A stretch of 37,632 nucleotides of DNA. Source: an uncultured Planctomycetaceae bacterium (GTDB lineage: Bacteria > Planctomycetota > Phycisphaerae > SM23-33). The position numbers and the translations under genes were made by a program. The notes under the pieces are model-generated. The model searched no databases and was not told the DNA's origin. It saw only the letters and a program-made list of their open reading frames with translations. Where the stretch lies: assembly GCA_964449175.1 (NCBI GenBank), contig CAYUYH010000002.1:1-37632 (forward strand). Direction: 5' to 3'. Below, one piece after another: positions 15,764 through 24,232 of this stretch (within the stretch, counting starts at the first letter, position 1; the number at the start of each line of letters is the position of its first letter).

Positions 15764-18484
15764 ATGGCGGCCGAAGAGCAAGACACTCCTCAAGCCGACG
15801 AGCCACAGGCCCAGGGCGACCAGCCGTCGCAGCCTATCATTGATGACTCAGACGTGCGGGCTGCCGACAGGCCGGTCGCCCCGCCCGACGACAAGGGCGA
15901 CGAGCAGCCGGTCGAGCAGACTGAGCAGGCCGACTCCACCGGCCAGGAGCAAGCCGACGCGCCGAGCGACCAGACCCGCGAGACTGAGCAGGCCGACCCT
16001 GCCGAGCCCCAAGACGCAGAGCCCGTCGCCGAGGAAGCCGCCGCCCCGGCCGAGGAGCCCAACGGCGCGGCCAACGAGACGAGCGCCGAGCAGCCCGCCG
16101 ACCAGACAGCCACCGACGATGCCGCCCAGGTGGAACCGGCTGCTTCGACAGACGAAGCGGCCCGGCAGCCAGGCGAGTCGCCCGCCCCCGCCGAACCGAC
16201 CCAGCAGATCCCGGCCACTGTCTCGAAGTTGGCTGAGATCGTCGGCAAGCTGTCGCCGGTCAATCTCCTGCTGGTGCTCAACTCCGTGCTGATCCTCTTT
16301 GCTGTGGGCGGGCTGTTCTACCTGTTGTTGAGCAAGCCATCCCAGCCGATGACGCCGCGCGGCGCCCGCGCCGCCACCACCGCCCTGCAACAGACTTCCC
16401 CCGATGGGCCGACAGTCCGTCACTCCGGCGACGACAACGCTACCCTTAGCTGGGCGGATGCCGAGGGCCTGTACGAGCAGGGCGACTACGAGTCGGCCCT
16501 GGCCGGCTTCGTCAACCTGGCCAGACAAATCCGTTCTGTCCCGTCGGAGGACTTGCTCCGCGACTTGTTCGACCTCCGCGTGGCCCAATGCCTTGGGCAA
16601 TTGGGCGAGGGGGACGAAGCCAGCCTGACATTCCTTCGCCTTGCCTCCAGCGGCTCGGCGATCATCGCCGCGGTGGCCGACTACGAGCAGGCGAGCATCG
16701 ACCTGACCGCCGGCCGACACGCGCAGGGCCGAATCCGCGCCTATTCCGCCGTCGCCCACCTGGCCTCGCTGGAGGCGCCCTGCCCGCTCCAGAGAGACTG
16801 CGACTATCTGGTCGCGCGAATACTCACCCAACAGGTGCTGGGCTATCTCAACGCCGACAGCGCCGTCACCTGGCGCGACCCAGCCCCCTACGACCCGTTC
16901 GCCGGCAAGGCCCCCGCCCAGCTTCGACAGATGCTGCGTCAGGGTGCGGCCCCGCCCGCCAAGGCGGCGCTGGGCGCGATGGTGTGGAAGGTGGAAGCAG
17001 GCCCGGCGGAGGGCCGATGGATTGCCGCCTGCATCCGAGCGCCTGTCGAGGATCTGCTCCAGCGGTTCAGCTCCGAGTCGGGCGTGGCCGTCGAGTGGGT
17101 CTCGACGGCGCCGCTCGTCAGGCGCCGCGCGATCAGCCTGCACCTTGAGGGCGTCTCGCAGCAGCGGCTGGCGGAGGTGGCCTGCGGCATGGCCGGGCTG
17201 GTTGCCCGCTTCACCGGCGAGAGCATCGCGGTCCACGACCCCCAGGCGTGCGACAGCCTCGCCCAGCAGCGCGAACTGCTGATGGCCGAGGCGGAATCGT
17301 GCTGGCGGCGGTTCTTCATACGCTATCCGGCAGACCAGCGCACGGCGACGGGCCACTTCGTGGTGGCCGTCATGCACGATGCCTCCGGCGACAAGGCCAA
17401 CGCACTGACCCAATACCAATACGTCGCCGCCCAGTTCGACAAGCACCCCGTCGCCCCGCTCGCGCTGCTCCAGGCGGCCAAGCTCAGGATATCCCTGCGC
17501 GACTACAGCGGCGCGCGGACCGACCTGCTGGCCTTGATGGACCGCTACCCGGAAGCCGGACGGTCCGAGGAGGTGTACCTGCGCCTCGGACAGGCCACCG
17601 CCGAGACAGGCCTGACCGACGAGGCCATCCGCATATTCAAGAGGCTGTATTACCTTGATCTCTCGGCCGCGTCGAAGCGCCAGGCGGCGTTCTACCTCGG
17701 ACAGTGCCACTACCGCTCCGGGCGGTACAAGGAGGCGGTCGCCTGGCTGAGTCGCTACGCCGAGACCGCCGACGCCAAGACCGACGACAACGCTGCGGCC
17801 GCGCAACTGATGCTGGGCGATTCGGCTATGACCGCCGGAGACCTGAAGCTCGCGGAGAAGGCCTTCGCCGCGGCCAACAACTGCCAGCCTACGCCGTACC
17901 AGCGCGCCGAGGCGCTGCTGGGCGCCGCCGAGGCAGGCGCCCGCGGGCAGAAGCCGCTTGAGACGCTTGCGGCGCTCAAGCTGCTCGAAGGCCGACCGCT
18001 CACCGACCGCCAAACGTACAAGCGGCTGACCTTCACCGCCGGAGCGTATGCCTCGATGGGCCTGGAAGATCGCGCCGTCAGCTACCTCCGCAACCGAATC
18101 CAACTGATCGGCGACCTCCAGACGCGAGCCCTGCTGGTGATGGAGCTGGCCCGCTACTACGTCGAGCAAGGCCAGCTCGACAGCGCCCACGCCGCGCTGA
18201 CGGAGATCCTGGCCAAGATCGAGCCCGGGCGGGAGGCCTCCCTGGCCGCCTGCGAGCTGGCCGACGTGTGCATCAAGATGGGCAAGGCGGATCAAGCCGT
18301 CGCCGTCCTCGCCGAGACGCTCAAAGGTCCGTGCGATAAGGGCCTGCGGAACAGGGCGATGGAGACGCTGGCGTTGGCGAGGGTCTATCAGAAGCAGTAC
18401 CGCGCCGCGGCCGACGCCTTCACAGAGGTGGCCATACACAGGGCGGCCGCGGACGACAAACCGCAGGAGGGCCAGGGCAAATGA
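15764..18484 (+). CDS. 906-aa uncharacterised protein: acidic disordered N-terminus (~175 aa), one TM helix, ~690-aa TPR-rich (YbgF/BamD-like TPR) region
   Basis: D/E/Q/P/A-rich N-terminus. TM segment LSPVNLLLVLNSVLILFAVGGLFYLLL. Repeated TPR-like units such as YPEAGRSEEVYLRLGQA and AAFYLGQCHYRSGRYKEAVAWL. Start is ambiguous: ATG 15764 is preferred, ATG 15683 and the track start 15641 are possible. The stop overlaps the next ATG (ATGA at 18481). Confidence 0.75.
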   Translation: MAAEEQDTPQADEPQAQGDQPSQPIIDDSDVRAADRPVAPPDDKGDEQPVEQTEQADSTGQEQADAPSDQTRETEQADPAEPQDAEPVAEEAAAPAEEPNGAANETSAEQPADQTATDDAAQVEPAASTDEAARQPGESPAPAEPTQQIPATVSKLAEIVGKLSPVNLLLVLNSVLILFAVGGLFYLLLSKPSQPMTPRGARAATTALQQTSPDGPTVRHSGDDNATLSWADAEGLYEQGDYESALAGFVNLARQIRSVPSEDLLRDLFDLRVAQCLGQLGEGDEASLTFLRLASSGSAIIAAVADYEQASIDLTAGRHAQGRIRAYSAVAHLASLEAPCPLQRDCDYLVARILTQQVLGYLNADSAVTWRDPAPYDPFAGKAPAQLRQMLRQGAAPPAKAALGAMVWKVEAGPAEGRWIAACIRAPVEDLLQRFSSESGVAVEWVSTAPLVRRRAISLHLEGVSQQRLAEVACGMAGLVARFTGESIAVHDPQACDSLAQQRELLMAEAESCWRRFFIRYPADQRTATGHFVVAVMHDASGDKANALTQYQYVAAQFDKHPVAPLALLQAAKLRISLRDYSGARTDLLALMDRYPEAGRSEEVYLRLGQATAETGLTDEAIRIFKRLYYLDLSAASKRQAAFYLGQCHYRSGRYKEAVAWLSRYAETADAKTDDNAAAAQLMLGDSAMTAGDLKLAEKAFAAANNCQPTPYQRAEALLGAAEAGARGQKPLETLAALKLLEGRPLTDRQTYKRLTFTAGAYASMGLEDRAVSYLRNRIQLIGDLQTRALLVMELARYYVEQGQLDSAHAALTEILAKIEPGREASLAACELADVCIKMGKADQAVAVLAETLKGPCDKGLRNRAMETLALARVYQKQYRAAADAFTEVAIHRAAADDKPQEGQGK
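15918..15997 (+). repeat. 17-bp direct repeat AGACTGAGCAGGCCGAC x2 (in-frame, encodes xTEQAD) inside the acidic N-terminal region
   Basis: Copies at 15918..15934 and 15981..15997, 63 nt apart (21 codons). Confidence 0.8.
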
Positions 18485-19245
18485 CCAGGTGGATGCTCAT
18501 CCTGGCCCTTGTCGTCGCCCCGGCCACGTGCCTTGCCGCCGAGGCGACCAGCCAGCCCGCGCCGGCGGCCACCGCCGAACTGAACGATGGGATACGGCGG
18601 CTCCTCCGCACCTCCAGCCAGGCGCCCCAGGAGCAGGACGAAGGCGCCGCCGCCCTTCAGCGGGCAATCGAACAGCTCCGCTCCATCGAGATCGCGCCGA
18701 AGCGGCAGCCCCAGGCCGCCACCCAGCCGGCGGCAATGCCGGGCGCGCGGGCAACGACCCAGCCAGGGCGTCAGCCGTCCGACGCAGCCTCCGACCCGAT
18801 CGTGCTGGCCACGCTGAGAAGGCTGGGCGCCGGCAGGGCGGTCGATCCGGTCCTCGTCGCCGACGAGCTGTTCGCCGACGGGCAGTTGGAAGTAGCCGGC
18901 GCGTTCTACGAGGCGGCGCTGCTGCGAAGCCAGGGCGACGACGACCTGGCCTGGGCGCTGTTCCAACTGGGCAACTGCCGCCGCAAGTCCGATCCCCTGG
19001 CCGCCAAGCAGGCCTACACCGAGCTGGCGGCCAAGTGCCCCGACTGCCCGTGGGCCCAGGCCGCTGCCATGCGACTCAAGCTGATCGAGTGGGCCGAGGT
19101 CAACAAGCCGCTGGACGCGCTGGCCGAGGCGAAGTCCGCCGTGCGGAACGGCGCCGCTCGCCCGCGGCCGCAGACGCAGCCGGCCAAGGAGAACGAACCC
19201 GCCGCGGCATCCGGCACGGAAGGAAACACTGTAGCCAAGAGATGA
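18481..19245 (+). CDS. 254-aa secreted protein with a C-terminal TPR-like (YbgF/CpoB-type) unit
   Basis: Signal peptide MTRWMLILALVVAPATCLAAEA. Q/P/A-rich linker. TPR-like block AGAFYEAALL...AWALFQLGNCRRKSDPLAAKQAYTELAAKCPDCPWAQAAAMRL. AGGAGG Shine-Dalgarno. ATGA overlaps at both ends. Confidence 0.75.
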   Translation: MTRWMLILALVVAPATCLAAEATSQPAPAATAELNDGIRRLLRTSSQAPQEQDEGAAALQRAIEQLRSIEIAPKRQPQAATQPAAMPGARATTQPGRQPSDAASDPIVLATLRRLGAGRAVDPVLVADELFADGQLEVAGAFYEAALLRSQGDDDLAWALFQLGNCRRKSDPLAAKQAYTELAAKCPDCPWAQAAAMRLKLIEWAEVNKPLDALAEAKSAVRNGAARPRPQTQPAKENEPAAASGTEGNTVAKR

Positions 19246-20621
19246 GCGAGAAGGTCCATCAAAACGTGTTGATCGTCGATCGCGACGACGACTCGACCAG
19301 GCTGATCCTGGAAGTCCTGGCCGAGGCGGGCATCCGCGGGACGGTCGCCGCCGGCTGCGACGCCGCGGGCAAGCTGCTCGGCCAGACGCCGTGGGACCTG
19401 GTCATCCTCGATGCACAGGCCGCCGGCGACGCCTTCGCTGCGCTCGAGCGGATCAAGGAAGACTGCCCCGAGCTGCCGGTGGTGATGATCATCAGCGAGG
19501 CGTCGGTGGACCTGGCGGTGCAGGCCGTGCGGCGCGGGTTCCGCGACGTCCTGCCCAAGCCGCTGGACCGCGGCCGGCTTGAGGAGCTGCTGGCCGCGGC
19601 GCTGCCCAACCGGCCCGTCGCTCTGGCCGCCGCCGACGGCGAGGACCGCCGCTGCCTCTACCAGATCGCTGGGCGGAGCCGGAAGCTGCTGGAGGCGATG
19701 GAGCTGGCCAGCAAGGCCGCCCCGACTACCGCGTCGCTGCTGATCACCGGCGAGAGCGGCACGGGCAAGGAGCTGATCGCCTACCACGTCCACCGCAACA
19801 GCAGCCGCAGCCGCGGACCCTACGTCCACGTCAACTGCGCCGCGCTGAGCGAGTCGCTGTTGGAGAGCGAGCTGTTCGGTCACGAGCGCGGGGCGTTCAC
19901 CGGCGCGGTCTCGCAGAGGAAGGGCCGATTCGAGCGCGCGCACGGCGGCACGCTGCTGCTCGACGAGATCAGCGAGACGACGCCGCGCCTCCAGGCCGAA
20001 CTGCTCCGCGTGCTGGAGCAGCAGGACTTCGAGCGGCTTGGCGGCAGCGAGCCGGTCCGCGTGAACGTTCGCGTGGTGGCCACCTCCAACCGCCGGCTCG
20101 CCGAGCAGGTCGCCGCCGGACGGTTCCGCGAGGACCTGTACTACCGCATCGCGGGCATCATGGTCACCGTCCCGCCGCTGCGAGAGCGCGCCGAGGACAT
20201 CCCCGAGCTGGTGTGGCACTTCGTGAACCTCCACGCCAGGGAGGTCCGCCGAAGGATCGACCGCCTGGACGATGAGATGCTGGGGCGGTTCCGCGAGTAC
20301 CACTGGCCCGGCAACGTCCGCCAGCTCCGCAACGTCGTCCGCGCGGCGCTGATCCTCGGCGACGGGCCGACGCTGTCGCTGGAGGGCGTCCCGTCGCTGG
20401 TCGGCCAACTCGACAGCCCGCCGCCGCGGACGCCCCCGACCGGCCCGCTGAGTCTGGAGCTGCTCGAGCGGCAGGCGATATTCGAGGCCTTGCGCCGCAC
20501 CAACAGCCACCAGGCCAAGGCGGCAAGAATCCTGGGCATCTCCGACAGAACGCTGCGCGAGAAGCTCCGGCGGTACCGTCGCCAGACACAGACGCAGCAA
20601 GCAGAGGAGGTGGCATCGTGA
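19242..20621 (+). CDS. Sigma-54-dependent response regulator (REC + AAA+ + Fis HTH), FleR/FlrC/FlbD-like
   Basis: In-frame ATG at 19242 (MSEKVHQNVLIVDRDDD) overlaps the upstream stop. The receiver is canonical: acidic DRDDD, acceptor DLVILD, S in IISEAS, K in LPKPL. Walker A GESGTGKE. GAFTGA motif. HTH AARILGISDRTLREKLRRY. Confidence 0.9.
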   Translation: MSEKVHQNVLIVDRDDDSTRLILEVLAEAGIRGTVAAGCDAAGKLLGQTPWDLVILDAQAAGDAFAALERIKEDCPELPVVMIISEASVDLAVQAVRRGFRDVLPKPLDRGRLEELLAAALPNRPVALAAADGEDRRCLYQIAGRSRKLLEAMELASKAAPTTASLLITGESGTGKELIAYHVHRNSSRSRGPYVHVNCAALSESLLESELFGHERGAFTGAVSQRKGRFERAHGGTLLLDEISETTPRLQAELLRVLEQQDFERLGGSEPVRVNVRVVATSNRRLAEQVAAGRFREDLYYRIAGIMVTVPPLRERAEDIPELVWHFVNLHAREVRRRIDRLDDEMLGRFREYHWPGNVRQLRNVVRAALILGDGPTLSLEGVPSLVGQLDSPPPRTPPTGPLSLELLERQAIFEALRRTNSHQAKAARILGISDRTLREKLRRYRRQTQTQQAEEVAS

Positions 20622-20974
20622 GCGAGCCCAACACGATCAGTGGATTGCAGTCTGCCCTGCGGGCGTCGGCGCTCCAGGGCAAGGTCATCGCCAACAACAT
20701 CGCGAACCTCAACACACCCGGCTTCAGGCGGAGCGAGCTGGACTTCCAGCGGGCGCTGTCGATGGCCATGGCCTCGCCGCGGGCGCTGGAGCCGGCCGAA
20801 CTGGCCAGGGCCATCATCCAGCCGCGGTCCACGCCGGTCGACGCCAAGGGCAACGACGTCAGCCTCGACAAAGAGGTCGGCGAGATGATCAAGAACTCCG
20901 CGGCCTACAAGACGTACATGCGCATCCTGCGGAAGCTGTACAGCCAGATGGAGTTCGCCATCAAGGGCGAATAG
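20618..20974 (+). CDS. flgB: Flagellar basal-body rod protein FlgB
   Basis: GTG start in a GTGA overlap with the upstream stop; GAGGAGG 7 nt upstream. Motif ANNIANLNTPGFRR. C-terminal YKTYMRIL. Confidence 0.9.
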   Translation: MSEPNTISGLQSALRASALQGKVIANNIANLNTPGFRRSELDFQRALSMAMASPRALEPAELARAIIQPRSTPVDAKGNDVSLDKEVGEMIKNSAAYKTYMRILRKLYSQMEFAIKGE

Positions 20975-20987
20975 GGAGGCAAGGGCA

Positions 20988-21395
20988 ATGGACATAACCA
21001 AGGCGGCTTCATCAGTGGACATCGCGGTAAGCGGTCTTCAGGCTGAATCGCTTCGGCTGAACGTGATATCCGCGAACATCGCCAACGCGAACACGTCGCG
21101 CACGGACTCGGGGCTTCCGTATCGCCGCAAGGACGTGATCTTCTCGACGGTGATGGACAGCCTCTGCGGCGTGACGAGCAAACAGGTGATCGAGGACACC
21201 TCCACCGACTTCAACGAGACGTACCTTCCCGGCCATCCGCAAGCGGACGAGAACGGGTGGGTCATGATGCCCAACGTGGACCTGCCGGTGGAGATGATGA
21301 ACCTGATGGTGGCGTCGAGGGCCTACCAGGCCAACGCCTCCGTCCTGAACAGATACCAGCAGATGGTGGACATAACACTGGAGCTGCTTCGCTAG
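20988..21395 (+). CDS. flgC: Flagellar basal-body rod protein FlgC
   Basis: Motifs ISANIANANTSRT, YRRK, PGHPQADENGWVMMPNVDLPVEMMNLMVASRAYQAN. Confidence 0.93.
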   Translation: MDITKAASSVDIAVSGLQAESLRLNVISANIANANTSRTDSGLPYRRKDVIFSTVMDSLCGVTSKQVIEDTSTDFNETYLPGHPQADENGWVMMPNVDLPVEMMNLMVASRAYQANASVLNRYQQMVDITLELLR

Positions 21396-21410
21396 CAGCA
21401 GGAGCGAGAG

Positions 21411-21719
21411 ATGTCAGGCATAAACCCGATATCCGGCCAGGTCCCGGCGATTCAGCTAGGCGGCGCCGGCCAGCACGGCGGCAAGGCGGGCCCGCTGGCG
21501 GGCAAGTTCTCCCAGGCGATCGGCGAATACGTCAACAACGTCGACGCCGACCAGCAGGCCTCGACCGCGGCGATCGAGGACCTGCTGTCCGGGCGATCAC
21601 AAGACCCGCTGCCCGTGGTGGCGGCGATGGCCAAGGCCGACCTGAGCTTCAAGCTGCTCATGGGCGTCAGGAACAAGGTCATCGAGGCCTACAAGCAGAC
21701 CATCAACATGCAGATATGA
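21411..21719 (+). CDS. fliE: Flagellar hook-basal body complex protein FliE
   Basis: 102 aa. C-terminal AMAKADLSFKLLMGVRNKVIEAYKQTINMQI. Position after flgC. Confidence 0.9.
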   Translation: MSGINPISGQVPAIQLGGAGQHGGKAGPLAGKFSQAIGEYVNNVDADQQASTAAIEDLLSGRSQDPLPVVAAMAKADLSFKLLMGVRNKVIEAYKQTINMQI

Positions 21720-21741
21720 CAGCTGCGCGCGAGGCTGACAA

Positions 21742-23241
21742 GTGGCCGAGATGCTGAACAACCTGCGAGAGATCTGGCGACGGACGTCCCTGGTCCAGCG
21801 CGCGGTGCTGCTTGCGGTGCTGCTTGGCTGCGGCGGGGCTGCTGCGATGCTGATCGGCTGGGCACGCCAGCCAAGCATGGCGATGCTCTACAGCGGCCTG
21901 TCGACGGAAGAGGCCGCCGCCATCGTGGAGAGAATCCGCGATGAGGGCGTGCCCTACGAGTTGAAGGCCGGCGGCACGGCCGTCTACGTGCCGGAGCAGA
22001 AGGTCTACCCCATGCGGCTGCTGCTGGCCGGGCAGGGCCTGCCGACAGGCGACCAGGCGGGTTATCGAATCCTCGACGACGAGAAGATCGGCGCCAGCCC
22101 GTTCATCCAGCGCGTCAACTACAACCGCGCGATCGAAGGCGAGCTCAGCAAGACCATCCAGACGCTCCAGGGCGTCGCCTCCGCCCGCGTGCATGTGGTC
22201 AGGCCGGAGGCCACGCTGTTCTCCGGGCAGGAGAAGGAGGCCTCGGCCTCGGTCGTGCTGAAGCTGCACGCCGGCAGGCGGCTGGGGCCGGGCAGCGTAT
22301 CGGCGATCGTTCACCTTGTGGCCGGCGCCGTGGAAGGCCTGAAGCCGGAGAAGGTCGTGGTCGTGGACAGCGCGAACAACCTTCTCTCGGCCGGGGGCGA
22401 AGACGACGTAGCCAAGAAGGCCGGCTCGTTCCTCGACTACAAGAGCCAGGTCGAGCAGTACCTCGCCGGCAAGGCCGAGGACATGCTGGCCGCGGCGCTC
22501 GGGCCGAACCGCGCGTCGGTCCGCGTCCATGCCGTCATCGAGACGTCCACCATGGAGGAGACCGTGGAGACGTACGATCCCGCAAACAGGGTCGTCGCCA
22601 AGGAAGAGACGAAGAATCGCTCGATCTCCGGCGCCGCCGACACCACAGGCGGCACGCCGAGCAAGGAGACCGAGAAGAGCTCCACCACCGAGTACCTGGC
22701 CAGCCTGACACGCCGTCGCCAGGAGAGCCTCCCCGGCAAGATTCAGTCCATCACCGTCGCCGCCCTGGTGGACCTCTCGCCGGCGGAGCAGGCTGGAGGC
22801 AAGGAAGGCGCCGCTCCGGAGAAGGTCATGACAGTCGAGGGCGTCACCGAGATCATCCAGAAGGCCCTGGGACTGCCCGACGCCACCGGCATCACCGTCC
22901 AGGAGACCAGCTTCTACCACCCCGCGCCGGCCGAGGCCGCCGAGGCGTCCGACGGATGGTTCACGAAGGACTTCATGCTCGAGATGGGCAGGCGGCTGTC
23001 GCTGGCCGTGCTGGTGGTGGGGGCGCTGATCACACTGAAGGTGCTGGGCGGCTCGCGCAAGGCCGCGGCCAGCGCCGCCGCGGCGCTGGAGGGCGAGGCC
23101 GCCGGGCAGAACCTCCTGCCCGCGGGCGCCGGCGCCGACGCCGAGCAGTTGCGAGCGAAGATAACCAACGCCCTCCAGAGCAACCCCGAAGAGGTCAAGC
23201 GGTTGTTCCTGAGCTGGGTCGACAGCGACAAGGGAGCGTAG
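21742..23241 (+). CDS. fliF: Flagellar MS-ring protein FliF
   Basis: N-terminal TM helix. Motifs LYSGLSTEEAAAIVERIRDEGVPYEL and YPMRLLLAGQGLP. C-terminal TM helix. GTG at 21742 (GAGG 8 nt upstream) or ATG at 21751. Confidence 0.9.
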   Translation: MAEMLNNLREIWRRTSLVQRAVLLAVLLGCGGAAAMLIGWARQPSMAMLYSGLSTEEAAAIVERIRDEGVPYELKAGGTAVYVPEQKVYPMRLLLAGQGLPTGDQAGYRILDDEKIGASPFIQRVNYNRAIEGELSKTIQTLQGVASARVHVVRPEATLFSGQEKEASASVVLKLHAGRRLGPGSVSAIVHLVAGAVEGLKPEKVVVVDSANNLLSAGGEDDVAKKAGSFLDYKSQVEQYLAGKAEDMLAAALGPNRASVRVHAVIETSTMEETVETYDPANRVVAKEETKNRSISGAADTTGGTPSKETEKSSTTEYLASLTRRRQESLPGKIQSITVAALVDLSPAEQAGGKEGAAPEKVMTVEGVTEIIQKALGLPDATGITVQETSFYHPAPAEAAEASDGWFTKDFMLEMGRRLSLAVLVVGALITLKVLGGSRKAAASAAAALEGEAAGQNLLPAGAGADAEQLRAKITNALQSNPEEVKRLFLSWVDSDKGA

Positions 23242-23244
23242 CAG

Positions 23245-24231
23245 GTGGTGCTCACGGGAAAGCAGAAGGCGGCGATGTTGCTGATGAGCCTTGATCCGGC
23301 CACGGCTGCGGACCTGCTGCGCTCAGCCGACCAGAAGGTGCTCACCGAGATTGCCGCCGAGTTGGCCTACCTGGAGTCCATCGGCGCCGACAAGGCGCAG
23401 GCAGCGAAGGCGACGGCACAGGAGTTCTTCGGCAAGCTCGGCAGCGGCGGCGGGGGCGAGGGCGTGTTCGTTCGCAACATGCTCGAGCAGGTGCTGGGCA
23501 AGGACAAGTCCAAGGAGGCGCTGACCAAGGTCCGCGCGATGGTCCAGCAGCGCGACCCGTTCTCGGCGGTCCGCTCGGCCGAGACGGCTGACATATTCCG
23601 CGCGATCTCCGGCGAAAGCGCCCAGGTGGTCGCGATAGTCCTGGGCGAGCTGCCCGCCAAGAAGAGCGCGGCGCTGCTGAACATGCTGGCCGAGCAGCTT
23701 CGGATCGAGGTGGTGGGCAAGCTGGCGACCGGCGTCTCAGCCCCGGGCGAGGTCCGCCTGCGCATCGCGGGCACACTCCGCGCACGCCTGCAAGCCTCCA
23801 CCGCCGAGGGCGGCGCCGCCGGAGGCGAGGAGAACCTCCGCAAGGTGGCCATGCTGCTGCGCGACCTGGAGGCCGAGCCGCGCAACAAGACGCTCGAAGG
23901 CATCGCCCAGCGCGACAAGGAGACGGCCGACGCTGTCTCCAAGCTCATGGTCATCTGGGAGGACATCCCGCTGGTACTCTCGCGAAGCCTCCAGGAAGGC
24001 CTGCGTCAGGCCGAGGCACGCCAGCTCGCACTGGCCATCAGGGACGCGGACGAGCGGATCATCGCCAAGATCCGCGAGAACCTCTCCGAGCGGGCCGTCG
24101 CCGCGCTGGACGAAGAGGCCGAGCTGCTCAGCGCTCCCAAACAGACTGAAATAGCAGAAGCGCGGGAGGCAATCCTGCAACTGCTACGCGACATGAACGC
24201 AGCCGGCAACCTGCGGTGGGAGGAATCCTGA
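23245..24231 (+). CDS. fliG: Flagellar motor switch protein FliG
   Basis: Motifs LTGKQKAAMLLMSL and EIAAELA. C-terminal charged-helix region ALAIRDADERIIAKIRENLSERA. Confidence 0.9.
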   Translation: MVLTGKQKAAMLLMSLDPATAADLLRSADQKVLTEIAAELAYLESIGADKAQAAKATAQEFFGKLGSGGGGEGVFVRNMLEQVLGKDKSKEALTKVRAMVQQRDPFSAVRSAETADIFRAISGESAQVVAIVLGELPAKKSAALLNMLAEQLRIEVVGKLATGVSAPGEVRLRIAGTLRARLQASTAEGGAAGGEENLRKVAMLLRDLEAEPRNKTLEGIAQRDKETADAVSKLMVIWEDIPLVLSRSLQEGLRQAEARQLALAIRDADERIIAKIRENLSERAVAALDEEAELLSAPKQTEIAEAREAILQLLRDMNAAGNLRWEES

Positions 24232-24232
24232 G

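Noticed and set aside
15848-18439. 863-aa minus-strand ORF antisense to the 906-aa TPR gene, and the 528-aa ORF 19014..20600(-) antisense to the response regulator.
   Set aside because: These are shadow frames: the opposite strand carries TPR or AAA+/GAFTGA signatures, and the translations are Arg/Gly/Leu-rich without motifs.
18489-19241. Upstream 251-aa extension of the track ORF 18489..20621.
   Set aside because: It is out of frame with the signal-peptide protein that better explains 18481..19245, and it is extremely Arg/Gly/Pro-rich. The receiver domain begins right after the ATG at 19242, which overlaps the upstream stop.
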